Source: Octopus vulgaris (lineage: Eukaryota). From it: a stretch of DNA of 64,000 nt. Made by a program: the position numbers and the translations under genes. The DNA is taken from NCBI GenBank assembly GCA_951406725.2, contig OX597814.1:56606001-56670000 (forward strand). Reading direction: 5' to 3'. Of this stretch, positions 1 to 12,915 are shown in pieces. The notes under the pieces are model-generated. The model ran no database searches. It was given only the letters and a program-made list of their open reading frames with translations, and had not been told where the DNA came from. Position 1 is the first letter of the stretch; every line of letters starts with the position of its first letter.

Positions 1-247
1 GTCCCCCTTGTACCCCAATGCTTTAGAACCTGTATTGGTGAGTTTATGTCCATGTAACCTAAATGGCCTGGGAAAAGTACTTGACTTAATAAAGAAAATA
101 AGCCTTGTTGTCAATTTGTTTGACTAAATTCCTTTGAGGCTGTGTCCCAACATGGCCATGGTCAAATTACCTTGATCAACAGGTAAAAGACACCATTTCT
201 CTTTGAAACTTTGCAACTTCTCAAGTGTTCTAAATCCCACTATCTTA

Positions 248-477
248 TTAACCCTTTCATTACCAAATTCCTTTTAAAATCCACAGACTTTGTTTTAATT
301 AATCCTTGTAATAATGAAGAATTTAGTAAAATAACTTCACCATTAATAAACTGGAGTTTGGAAAATAAGTTAGTATGAAATGTTTATGGAAGTTTTTAAC
401 TGAGTTCACTTCAAACTAGTACGTTTGTATCATAGATCTATGGGTGGTCTTGGACAGTTAGGTATCAAAATGCTCAA
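248..477. mobile_element. TTAA-flanked MITE family B (piggyBac-like), degenerate
   Basis: Begins ttaa-ccctttcattacc and ends ggtatcaaaatg. The internal motif taatgaagaatttagtaaaataactt is shared with copies at ~11408-12028, ~28875-29090, 30551-30778 and ~48520-48642. Confidence 0.6.
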
Positions 478-1968
478 GTGGGAACTACTTGATATTTATG
501 ATACTTAATTTTGGGTTTTATTATCTGGGTTCAAACTTTGCTTATTATTCTTTCTGAGTCAATAAGAACAACACCAGTAATCAATGCCAAGATACTTTAC
601 TTGATTGTGGAAAGCTGCATACATTGCTTTTACAAATAAATCCTTGTATTTAGGCCAAAGAAACCATGATGCTTCCATACAGTGGTTTACTTAAGTGAAT
701 GGTGCAAAATATACTTTACAGTAACACTTTATTAATGTTTCTTTGAGAATTATTAGACCAAATAAAGAATGCTGCATAATTTTCTGCCAGTGATAAACAA
801 TTTATAAACCACATAATTCAATATATTTAATGATGACAGCGTGTTTGAAAATCTTAGAATTTTTCAACCAATTTCAACATTTACCCTAAGTACGACTGGT
901 AACAATATCAGTGAACAAACAATTGGTTTCATGTACTCCTGTGCATGCTATTTGATCATGCTATTTGATTGATTGTCAGACCAAACAGAAGTTATATTGT
1001 TGTAGTTTATAAGTCAAGTAATCTGATAGTTCAATCACCTCATTGTTTTGTATTTAACTTAGACACATAATCCATCATTACCTTTATTCAGTGCTATTGT
1101 TCTGTTGTGAATCTGTGTATTTCTTTCTGGGTTTGTTTGATTTCTACCTCACTTTTTCTTTTCATTTTGAACTACATTGGTTCTTAATTAAAGTCATTTA
1201 CTCTACTATCAAAGTGTGGCTATCTCTGAGGATAGATTTCTTATTTCTCTTTTAACTATTTTTGTATGATCTGACCTAATAACATAAAACATTTAAGTAC
1301 CAGTTTCTGAAAGCTTCTTGGGATTAATTTTTTTTGTAACAGGATTCCTTATATTTTCTCATATTGCTCTACAGAAGCCCCAGTGTTTTTGTTTTAAAAA
1401 GATCTGTTCAGTTTCCTAAAAAAAAATTTTTTTTTTTTTGAGATTTGAAAAATTTTTTGGTAGGATTTTAAATAAAAACATTTCTATATCTTGTAAAATA
1501 CTTTTCCTTTTCAGTTTAGAAGCATTGATTGGCTTTGTCTATATAAGGTCACATATAATTTGGGATAATTGTAGTGTCTATTTTATTAGTTAACTTGACT
1601 AAGGATAACAGAATTGTGTCCTGGTTTAAGTCATTGCAAGAAGAAAAAGTTGAACTTACTACTACCTCTGAGTTGGCATTGCATCTCTTTAGCCACTTGA
1701 TCAATATAATGTAAAGTAAGCTGTGTAACTCTGACATGAATTGGTAGATGGCTATGTGTTTGACTTATTTATATAAACAGAAACCATAAATGTATATCTG
1801 AAAGGCATAGACTTAGCTTTATTTTTTATTTTTATCCAGAAAATATGTGATAAATTTGCCTTTGGTGAGGGTACTTATCTGTTGGTGATAATGTCATCCT
1901 CCAACGATCTTTCCTTCATCTAAGTGATGGGAGAAAAGCAGATTGAAATATTTTTCTCATAGCTCTAA

Positions 1969-2183
1969 CCCTTTAGCATTCAAACTGGCCATATCCAACC
2001 CCAAATTTTCTACCTATTTTATGTTTAAACTGGCCAGATCTGGCCTCTCACACCTACCTAAGAATGTCATTCTAAAAATGGGCATCATTGAAATATGAAA
2101 GCTACAAAACAATGCATGATTAATTCAAATCAATGTGAAGAAATAAGCATTATATTTGGCTGAGTAATCTGAATACTAAAGGG
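1969..2183. mobile_element. piggyBac-type MITE family A
   Basis: TIRs ccctttagcatt...aatactaaaggg, flanked by ctaa/ttaa; ~215 bp; many copies in the window. Confidence 0.85.
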
Positions 2184-2966
2184 TTAATAGATCTGCAGGG
2201 TATGAACTCTTGAACCATGAGCTGGAGGGATATTACCTTATTTTTCAGCCATGTTATCTGTATGTAATGAAAGGAAAAAAAAATTCTTTTGTTCCTTTAA
2301 TTTGAATGGGAATTGATGTGGTGGTGGATTGGCAAGTAACATCACTGTTGTTGCAACTAAAGTAAACTAGTTTATAATTCTAAGGTTGACACATAATGAG
2401 AAAGGGCTTCTGCATTGTTCACTTTGATGTTAGCAGTCCACTGCTTTTTTTTCTTTTTGTTTGTTTTTTTTGCAGGATTCCTTATATTTTCTCATATTGC
2501 TCTACAGAAGATGGTAAATGTCTTGACAAATTGCTTTTACAATTTTCTACTCTATTTTGCTGTTGTCATATTGTCAGGAAACAGGAAATACATGAATTAC
2601 TGTAAAAGTAGATTGACCAGTGTTTCTAGCGTTATGATATGAGAGAAGCACAGGGATCACTAGAAATCATGTTTTATTTGAAACTGAATTGAATTTAGAA
2701 GAAGGAAAAAAAAAGCTAATTTTTAAAAAATGCTAACATTATAAACCGAACATTAATTTTTAACATCTTGAGAATTCTCTCGGTGAAAAGCCCTGAAAAT
2801 ACCAAAAAATGTGCTTGTTTAATCAAATACTGACAGTGTATTTTCATATCAGACTCTGAAAATTGGCAGTATTGCAGAAAATAGTTGTTTTAGAGTAAGT
2901 AGTCATTTGTACTGAAAACAATGTTTTGGATATGTGTTTGTTAATTAGTTAGGATTAGTAGTAGTA

Positions 2967-2998
<32 letters not shown>

Positions 2999-3604
2999 GA
3001 TCAGACAGTTAAAAAAGATAAGATGTTTGTTAATTAAATGCAATTAATGAGACTTGGATATACAAACATCACAAATAAAAAAAGTCTTTTACCTGACATT
3101 TTTGTGGCTTCATTATGAAACTTACAGGTAACATTGGGTCATTTGGTGCATTCTCTATAATGAGCAATATGTTTTTTTTTGTTTGTTTTTTTCTTTGAAA
3201 AAGCTATTTCTGTTCTACAGTAGGGCAAAAAATAAAACTATGTGAATTAGTTTTGGAAAAGATTCATGATCATCCAAAACCCACATTACAGGTAGCTTAA
3301 ACATAGCATAATCCTTGGATTTTAGTGATAAACAAGTAATGGATTTAATCTCGGATAACTGGCAACATTTCTTCCAACAAGAAACATCAGATAGCTTTTG
3401 GAAACCTGGTGTTGATTTTTCTTCACTAGAAATACAAACCTTAGTAGCATGCAATGCACTTTTATAAAAGCTCTTCTTACATTATACACTTGTTCAGGTG
3501 TTTAGCTGAAGAAAATTTTCTTCAGCTCCTTAAGGTAGTTAATAAGCATCCTTTTTATCAGTATTGACAGCTTCACTGATAGTTTTGGATGTTAAACTCA
3601 TTAA

Positions 3605-3825
3605 CCTTTTAGCATTTAAACTGGCCATATACAGCGCAAACATGCCTCCAGTTTTATGTTCAAACTGGCCAGATCTAGCCTCTCACACCTATCCTACAAT
3701 GTCATTCTGAAAATAGGCAGTAACATCATTGAAGTTTTCAAAGCTATGAGACAATACATAATTAATTCAAAGCAGTATGAATAAATAAGCTTTACATTTG
3801 ACAGAGTAATATGAATGCTAAAGAG
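3605..3825. mobile_element. piggyBac-type MITE family A
   Basis: TTAA at 3601-04 and 3826-29; same internal sequence as 1969-2183. Confidence 0.85.
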
Positions 3826-4059
3826 TTAACGTGCCTCGTAAATCTTTTAAAACCTTTCATTGGCAAGAAAAGGCTTTGTATCACAAGTTGCACCTTATAC
3901 TTTTTGCAAATTTTCATACAAAATTTAAACTTTTATTTCAGTTCCCATTGTGTTTTATCAGTGCATTATGTCATGTTTGATCATTGATCCAGGCTTGAGC
4001 CGGTCCATTTTATGTCTCATTTCAAATGAGGCATTTAATGACCTAAATTTTATCTTACA

Positions 4060-4450
4060 CCATCATTGTCATCGTCACAATGTCAACTTTTGTATGTTTG
4101 CATGGGTCATACACAATTTGAGACAGATTTTCTATGGCTTGCCTGTTGTCAGTTCTCACCAGTTTCTGGGCAAGTTAGTATTTTCCCATGGCCTAATATG
4201 TTTCTCATGGAAGATCGGAAACAAAGGACATTGCTTGTATAATGTTGTTGCTTGTTTACAACCATCACGATACCAAGACAAGAGTATGCATACACACGCA
4301 CGCGGTGGATTTCTCTCAGCTTTCATTCACTAAATCCATTCACAGATTTTTGGTTGGCCTAGGACTTTAGAAGACACTTGCCCATGGTGCCATGCAGTGA
4401 GACTGAACCTGAAACCATGTGCATACTTCTTAAGTACACAGCTATTCATA
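4060..4450 (-). mobile_element. SINE with tRNA-like head and RTE-type 3' tail
   Basis: Same architecture as 27240-27690, 29940-30330, 33840-34240 (-) and 50950-51370, 53185-53510 (+). Boundaries approximate. Confidence 0.65.
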
Positions 4451-5897
4451 TGCCCTCTCCGCTTACACACACACCCACACACACATAAAAACCACCTTAT
4501 GGTATGATTTCTGCTTGAATTACAGTGAGAAAAGAATGATAGAGAGAGAAGTTTGTGATATTGGATGATGGCCAAGTAGGCTTCTTGGCCCAAGAAGCTG
4601 TAAACCAGTAATTTCAGAGTATTAATTTGTAGGGGAACTAAGTAGTGTTGAAGCTATCACTCTTTCATAACAGTGTGAGGAGGTGGCTAGATAGAATAGT
4701 GATGGTGGTGATGATAGTATAGTTTGTTTTAATAGATATCAGCTGTCCAATTTCTGAATTCTCTTATCTTAGCCATTACTACTGCTTTCACCCTCCATTT
4801 GCTTTGGCTCCCTCCTCCCTACAACCCTCCTTCCAGTCTTTCTCCTGTGTGCTTAGCTTATTTTCTTTTTCAATCAGTTCCCAACACCTTTTCAACAGCA
4901 CCTAGGTAATTACTCTGGTCTTTGCCCAAATATTTTCTAAATGATTTGATGTTTGGGCCAAAGTCAAATCAAGAGAATCATTGTCAAAATAAAATAAAAT
5001 GAGGCACAGTTGTCGTTGCCATCATCATCATCATTATGATGTCTGCTTTACATGTTTACATGGGTTGAAATTGGTTGTCACAATTTGAGTCAGTTCTTTG
5101 TCACATGTCACTCAAAACACGTTATTTCTGGCATGATCTTTATGGCTGGATACCTTACTAACACCAAATGTTTTACAGATGGTTGGGAGTCCTTTTTATT
5201 TACTTTCAAACTCTGTATATTTCAAAGCCTTGTTTGAAATATACTGGATGATGATGATGATGTTTAGTCCTAGGTCAACCATAAGCCAGTAGATCTATGA
5301 TCAGAACCATTTCAGTTGTTATTCAGTTTCTTTTTCAAATAGTATATTCTATTATGTTAATGCATAATTTCATTCTCTTTTAAATGACGGTTTGATATGA
5401 GTTTGAGGAAGATTTTGTTACTATATCTATTAGGCTGTGACCACATAGAATCTCCCTTAATTGAATGAAATGGTAGATGTTTCACTGTTTCTAATGAACA
5501 ACGATGTACTTCACTCTTTCACCAACACAAACCAGCTGCTTTGTGAAAATACTTCCTAAGCTATTTTACAGATTGATTAAATTTCTTAAGAGTTTTCATT
5601 TCCATTTCTGATCTAATTTAATTTCTATGAATCTAGTTTCTGTAAGTGCTGTACATATAATAGTCATTGTCTGCATGTTATGCTTTCAGTCACAGAAATG
5701 AGAGTATCTTGGGAAAGTGTGTGTGTATGTGAAAGTAATCTAGAAACCAAAATAGAGGGAGTGAAATAGGAAATACAGTGATGAAAATTGAATATTTAAC
5801 CAGTAGTGCACTTGAATGCTGATACACTGGGATACTTAAAGAAACAGATTATTTCTGATGTAAATATTAAATAAAATATATGAACCTAATTTAATAA

Positions 5898-6789
5898 ATG
5901 TGAGGTCTGATCAAAATTTATCAGAACTGTTGCTATGGTAACGAAGCTAAAGTATTCAGAGTGAAGCTGCTTGGAGCAGATTGATCTTGAACTCTGTTGC
6001 ACATGCACACATGCACTCTAAGTTATAATGTTCTTGCTCACTTCTGTTGTTTATAGCAGTGTTTGGTAGTAGAGTGTATATAATGTGGTCATGGTACCGA
6101 GAAAATTGAGCCAAGAACCTGCATCAAATTTTGCTAAAGGCTTGGTGGTACCTGTGCAGACACCTTCGCAAAGTTTCAAAAAGTATATGATGAGGAATGT
6201 ATGAGCAGGACATAAGTATAAATGGTTCAGATGTTTCCAAGGTGGTTGACAAAATGTCAACAGTGAGGTACATGAGAGACCAGCAATCAGCAGGACGGAT
6301 GAAAACATTGCAGATGTGCATGCAGCGGTTGGGAAAGACCATTCAATCACTGTGTGTGAATTGCCAGAGGATGGGAACATTAATTACTGTTCAGTTCAGT
6401 CTGTTTTCACTGAAGATCTGAATATGTGATGTGCATCTACCAAGTTTGTGCCCGAACTGCTTTCAATTGCAGCAGTTTTTGGCCATGCACAACATTCCTC
6501 AGGTCTTACAACCACCATATTCCCCAGATCTCACCCTTTGTGGCTTTTTTTCTCTTTCCAAAAATCAAATTCCACTTGAAAAGAACAAGATTTTAAAACA
6601 TTGTGGAAATTTGAGTCAATGCAATGAGGCAGCTGCTTGCTATCTCAAAAAAGAAGTTCCAGAAATGCCTCTATCAAGTGAGTGGTTTAAGAAGGGGACT
6701 ACTTTGGAGAAGATTAAATGCCAAATTGATATGTGTTGTACTTTTTTTTTATAACACCAGTCTCAATACTTTTTGATCAGACCTCACAT
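5898..6789 (+). mobile_element. Internally deleted mariner transposon with both TIRs; transposase pseudogene
   Basis: Inverted repeat atgtgaggtctgatcaaaa (5898-5916) / ttttgatcagacctcacat (6771-6789). N-terminal remnant CIKFC*RLG...FQKVYDEECMSRT..KWFRCFQGG and C-terminal QQFLAMHNIPQVLQPPYSPDL (mariner YSPDL motif), with stops and frameshifts. Confidence 0.92.
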
Positions 6790-8059
6790 TAATTACCATT
6801 TTCTCTCCTTTCTTCCAGTCTTTCTCATCTTGTCTTCTTTGTTGTATCCCTCGATAATCTTTTGATAGTATCTACCTAGATTTATTCTTAACAATCTCTT
6901 CTAAATAACTGAAAGACAAAACGTAGAAATTAGTAATAATAATCATTGTAAAAGAAAAATGTTAAACCAAGCTTCAAGTTAGTCCCGATAAAGCCTACCT
7001 ACAGTTAAGGGCAACTTAAACTATGACCATCTCAACTTAGTTTTAAGTATAATGTATTGAGGAATGGAGAACTATATTATCCTTGTTACATAGTCCCTTT
7101 AATTTTTTTTCCACTTTGCAACCATGTAGTTTTGGGACCAGTCCCATTGCATGGCACCTTGGGAAAAGAGATGATAGAATAAATACTAGACCTATGTACC
7201 TAGGTCAGTTTGTTTGACTAAACCATACAAAGTGGTCCTCAGCATGGCTGCTGTCCAAAAAAACCCAAAAAGGTGGTTGAATAAAAATCCATTAAGTGCA
7301 ACAAAAGCAGTTTTAGTTTAAATATTATTTTATGGGTACAACATAACTGATTGAGTCCCAAGATACTTGGCATATTGGGCAAATATCTTTTATCATAATC
7401 TTAGGTTGACTCAGTCTTTGTGAATGAAGTTGGGCATATGGAAACTGTAGAAACCTGTCAAATAGATTGTACATGTAATTTAAAGGTCTAACTTTGTCAC
7501 ACAGCACAGTATTGTACTGATTCTTGCTGAGGTTTATGGTTAAGATGCATATGTCTGGAATACACTGCCATTTACATGCTAACTCAATGATCAAGTAGTT
7601 CATTTGAAGGAACAGCTGAATATTTTCCTTTGAAACTGATCGAGATCCATTTACTTTTATATATTTATAACCTACAACTCAGTTGGGTCAGTTTTCTGTA
7701 TTGAGAGTATGGGTTCAAGTCCTGCTATAAGTATTTTTTTGTACCAATATAGTTGAACCATAGCAGAATAGTATTTTATATAATGTCTTCTAGTTTGATC
7801 TATACTTAATATTGTTTAATTCTTTGCGTAAAGATAAAACTAATACCTTGCAAGTTAGACGAAGTATAACCAAGAATATAATTTTCAAAGTTGTTTATTT
7901 CCAAGACTGCACCTTTATTATTATTTATGTGAACTTATAAGAAAAAATTTAAAATATTTCAAGGGAACTAATGCATTAGAAGGATTTGTATAACCTTCCA
8001 ATCTTATAGTTTTCAAAATCACTGTGAAATTTCCCTGGATACTATCAATATATATTTGT

Positions 8060-8062
8060 GTA

Positions 8063-8105
<43 letters not shown>

Positions 8106-8318
8106 ATATCTATCTATATATATATTTATATAGTGCAGGTGGCACGTAAAAAGCACCCACTACACTCACGGAGTGGTTGGCGTTAGGAAGGGCATCCAGC
8201 TGTAGAAACATTGCCAGATAAGACCGGAGCCTGGTGCAGCCTTCTGGCTTCCCAGATCCCTGGTCGAACCGTCCAACCCATGCTAGCATGGAGAACGGAC
8301 GTTAAACGATGATGATAA

Positions 8319-8372
<54 letters not shown>
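8060..8372. repeat. (TA)n microsatellites flanking the RTE tail
   Basis: (TG)n(TA)n at ~8060-8132 and (TA)n at ~8321-8372. Confidence 0.9.
8133..8320 (+). mobile_element. Young 3' end of an RTE-clade LINE (or RTE-tailed SINE) inserted in a (TA)n tract
   Basis: ggcacgtaaaaagcacc...aggaagggcatccagctgtagaaac...ggacgttaaacgatgatgat with a (GAT)n tail. Matches the 3' end of 20480-21267. CpGs retained; (TA)n on both sides. Confidence 0.8.
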
Positions 8373-8374
<2 letters not shown>

Positions 8375-8947
8375 GTGTGTGTTAGTGGGTGTAGTCAAAG
8401 AGAATTTGGGAAGTCAAATTATTCTGAGATGCCATCTGCAAATAGTATCTGATATTTGGTTTTTTAATGATTAAAGGATTAAATATGCTATCATCTACTG
8501 AGCTATTATCATGTGTGTAGCATCTCAGATACACTACACTATATAAACAAGTAGCCAATATTAAGTGTATCTGATATTTTGAGTTGGTTTTATATGACAT
8601 GTTAGGTGCAAGCAAAACAGTAGTCAAAAAGCTCTTGACAGCTGCATAGTTCTGAGTTCAATTTCATTGCATGGTGCGTTAGACAAGCATCTTTTATTGT
8701 AACTTAGGATTGATCCAGTCACTGTCTTGTAGGTGGAATTTGGTACACAGAAACTGTGGAAGCCTTTCATACACATTTGAGTAAGCGTGTGTGTGTTGTG
8801 TGTGTATGTTTATGTTGAAACTGGCATTATTTATGTTGTGGTCCTTTGTGTCCTATAACTTTAGCACTTTGGCATATAAGAATGATAAAATAAGTACCAA
8901 ATAAAAAAGAAAAAATACTGAGTTGAAGGCTGCACTTGAACTCTTAA

Positions 8948-9143
8948 CCCTTTAGTATTCAGCTTAGTCATATGTAATGCTTATTTATCCATCTTATTTT
9001 GAATTAATCCTGCATTGTCTTGTAGCTTCGAGCTTTCAGTGATGTGATTGTTTACTTTTAGAATGACATTGTAGGGTAGGTGTGAGAAGCCAGATCTAAC
9101 CAATTTAAACATAAGACAAGTAGAATATTTAAATGCTAAAGGC
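8948..9143. mobile_element. piggyBac-type MITE family A (opposite orientation)
   Basis: TTAA at 8944-47 and 9144-47; TIRs ccctttagtatt/aatgctaaaggc. Confidence 0.8.
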
Positions 9144-11445
9144 TTAAACAGTGTACCCTAGATTAAGTTGAATGACTGAAACTAATAAGAGAAAGGATAT
9201 TTTTGACGCCATTACTTGATTTGTTTCCATTTGTTGTTGTTGTGAAGCTTTATTATTAACAATTGTGTTTCCTTTTCTTTTTTTTTTCTCTCCCCAACTA
9301 ATATTGTTTCTATTATCACCATGGAGAATAACTTAGCTAGTGATTCTAAATGTGGTATTTTCCATCAGTAGCCTACATCTTTCTGTATAGCAATCTAGTT
9401 AAAATATGCAAAGCATATTTATGTAAACCAGGATATATATATGCACATATGGGTACAGGACGCCACTAACAGTGAGCAACACGAAATACAAAAACAAATA
9501 AGTTCAATACGCAAACAACGAGAGAAAAAAATGGAAAACAGGACAAGTTACATAAAGAACGACACTTCATTAGTTGTTGGTTGTCTATCTACTCCTCATT
9601 TCAAGCATTGAACAACAAATATATATATATTGATTTGTAATTGGATTTTTATTGCAAGATAAGTATTTCTGAAGCATTCTGAAGTATATGCACCTTAAAA
9701 ATGTAGGCTGTTTTCCAAGATACACAGTAACTATTTATTATTTGTATGTGTGGAGAGAGAAAGAAAAAATGTGTGTGTGTGTGTATCTGCGTGCCCAAAG
9801 TGAAGGCTATGGATATGTCATTGCAATCCAGTATAACCTGTTACATGGTTGTGTTATTTGTAACTTAACTAACACCTACCCTCAATAGACTGGCTTTGTA
9901 AGGAGGGTTGCCAGAAACTTAACAGTCCCACCCCCAAAAAACAAAACTGAAACAACTCGGCATAGGGTCAGCAACTATCTAGTAATAGTGCATGTGGACA
10001 TAAAATTACTTGTGGGGAATAAAGCATACTGTTGTAAAATCACTTTGGTAGTGAAGGATATTTTTATGGTTAGTTCAGTTTCTGGCCCGTTGCAACAAAT
10101 GTTGGGCTACTGAGAGGAAAGTGAGCTGTTCTATGTGGCAAGTGAATGTAGTTCTGTGCACATTTCACTACCATCATTTTAACTACTTTTCCATACTTGC
10201 ATGGGTCAGATGGAATTTGTTTAGGTAGGTTTTCTACTGTTAGGGTTAATATAATCTTTTCTGTGCTTGTATGGCTCAGGTGGGATGCACTGAGGTGGAA
10301 TTTCTACAGTTAGATGCTCTTGTTATCAACCGTTACCTGTCTCCATGTAAGGTAATGCCTGCACCTATAAGTATATAAGTTCTTGTTGTTGGGGGTTTTA
10401 CAATATATTTAATGTTACACTCAGTATTGAGTTACTCCATCAGTAAATCTTCTATTGTTTTCTTAAAGTAGCTTTAAGATAAGTTTCAATTTAATATTTG
10501 TGTGTGCGTGCGTGTGTGTACTCACATGTATTTTGCTGATTGAAAACATCAGAGTGTTATAAAATAGCTTTTCTGATTTATAGTTCTTGGCAAAATGCTG
10601 GTTGTTATTAAAACTGCTTTGTCAAAATGTTATTGCTTTGTAACTGACCAGGGGTTTTGTATATGATCTTGGTGTTAAAACATCTGTTGCCTCCTACTAT
10701 TTGTTAAACTTGTGCTTAGATAAAAACAAGTCAGTTTTCTACCATTGCTTTACTGTACCTGCTTGTAAGCATGTTTTACATGTATAGATGCATACATATT
10801 AGACAAAAACTAAGTAAAGTTTTTTAAAAGAAAATGAGTGTGTATTTTGTCAGTTTGCTTGCCTCAAAGTGGATGAGTGAAGTAAGCAAACAGTTGCAAA
10901 CTTGACATGCTGTAATACATTTCATGGTGTCCTGTGTGATGCACGATCTGTAAATTAGTGTTTGCTACTTACAAATGTAAGTTTTGAGTGACATTGTTGT
11001 TTTAATTGTTGTTATTTATTTTAGTAAGTGGTTATTTTTACAGCTGAGTTTATATCCTGTTTCTAATAATTCACTTGTGAAGTTGGGAATTGAATTAAAA
11101 TTTCTAGTCATTAGATGAGTTAAGCCATGCAGCTTTCAGATTATATTTACAAAAAGTAATGTAGTCCTGTGTAAAGCTTTGTTAAACAATTAGAATTTTG
11201 CCATTGTAATTATAATGATTGGTAAGCATTTGATAGGCGGAAACTACTTCATAGTTTTGCTTATTTCTGCTTATAAGGCATGTTTCAATCTTTGTGATTT
11301 TGAAGCTTATAAAAACATGTAGCACATTTTTCTCTGGATAATTTAATATGAAAAGAACAGTACTCAAAGCTTTGTCACTTTTTGGTAGGAGCTAAGAATA
11401 GTTAGTCCACTCTTTTGTTACTAATTTCTGTTGAAATATGCTTAA

Positions 11446-11658
11446 CCCTTTAGCATTCAGATTACTCTGTCAAATGTATTTATTCACATTGCTTTGAATT
11501 AATTATACATTATCTGATAGGTTCAAAATTGTGATGATGAGACTGGATATTTTTAGAAGGACATTGTAGGGTGAGTGTAAGAGACCAGATCTGGCTGGTT
11601 TGAGTATAAAACTGGTAGATTATATAGGCCAGATATGGCCAGTTTGAATGCTAAAGGG
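11446..11658. mobile_element. piggyBac-type MITE family A nested in a family B MITE
   Basis: Perfect TTAA flanks (11442-45, 11659-62); TIR ccctttagcattca/tgaatgctaaaggg. Confidence 0.9.
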
Positions 11659-11756
11659 TTAAATTAATTTTGAAAATAATGAATTTAGTAAAATAACTTT
11701 GACATTATTAATTTAGTGTTTAGAACTTAGCATGTCATTGTAATGGAAAGTGTAAA

Positions 11757-11974
11757 CCCTTTAGTATTCAGATTATTCTGCCAAATGTAATACTTATTAA
11801 TTCATATAGTTCTGAATTAATCAAGCATTATGTTGCTGCTTTGAGATTTTGATGATGTGATTGTTCATGTTTAAATGACATTATAGGGTAGATGGGAGAG
11901 GCCAGATCTGGCCAGATTGAACACAAAACATGGGAATAATTTGGCTGGATGTGGCTGGTTTAAATGCTAAAGGG
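11757..11974. mobile_element. piggyBac-type MITE family A, second insertion in the same host
   Basis: TIRs ccctttagtatt/aatgctaaaggg; flanks taaa/ttta (decayed TTAA). Confidence 0.85.
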
Positions 11975-12619
11975 TTTATACCACTTTAAAATAGGGGCAG
12001 TGTTGGACAGGTTGGTAATCAAGAGTTATTATACAAATATCTTTTGAATTAGTGTGTAGTTGTGAGGTTAGGCTGATATTTTACTCATCACAAAATCATT
12101 AGTTTATTTCTTATTGTAGTTATTTTGTTGTTTTTATGCAAGGTGCTTTAGTCTAAATATTTCAGCTTGTCTAGTAAAAGCAAGACATTGCCATCATCTC
12201 AGAGGTTTATTATAAGTAGAGCATCATGTGACAAAGATTATATTTCTAACATTTCAAGTGTATAAATAATATAAAACTTGAACATTATCCAATGAAAACA
12301 TGGAAAAATAAATGTAAATGATAATTAGTATAATTAGAGCTGGGTATTGAAATTATGACTGAAGTTAAAGTAAGAAGTTTCATATGATCTCAGCACTTGG
12401 ATAGATTTGTTGTTGTTGTTGAGCTTTTGACTGAGTTTTGACTGAGCAGGCCTGTCTAGCTCCTGCTCTTAAGAGCCAGGGAATTCTTAGCACTCATCAG
12501 TTGCTGAAATGCTAGGAAGTTCAGGTAAGGTCTACATTGGATTCTCAGATGTGGAATCAGCTATTTGCTCACACATAAACATCCTAGATTGCCCAAGGTC
12601 TTGGCAAGGATTCACTCAC

Positions 12620-12915
12620 ATATTTCAATCACTAGGTTACAGATTCCTTTCTTCTCTCTTTGTCTCTTTTATCATTGCTGTAATAGCCTATGACCTTATG
12701 AACTAAATAGTTGCATACCTTTTCCACCAGCCTATCTAATCAACACATTTCTTCTCTTCCCATGTATCACTATCTCCCCCAGACACTGTACTGAACATTT
12801 CAACAAGTCCTCCCCCTCTTCCTTCCTCGTTTCAACTATAAACCTCTGGAATTTACTCACATTTTTTCCTATAGACATTGATGTGTTCAGACTGAACACC
12901 AATGTCAGCAGGCCA
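12620..12915 (+). mobile_element. Possible highly decayed CR1/L2-like LINE ORF2 C-terminus
   Basis: Conceptual translation PRHCTEHFNKS...STINLWNLL...FPIDIDVF resembles the RT..F..SF..R.I.LWN.LP C-terminal motif. Confidence 0.35.
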
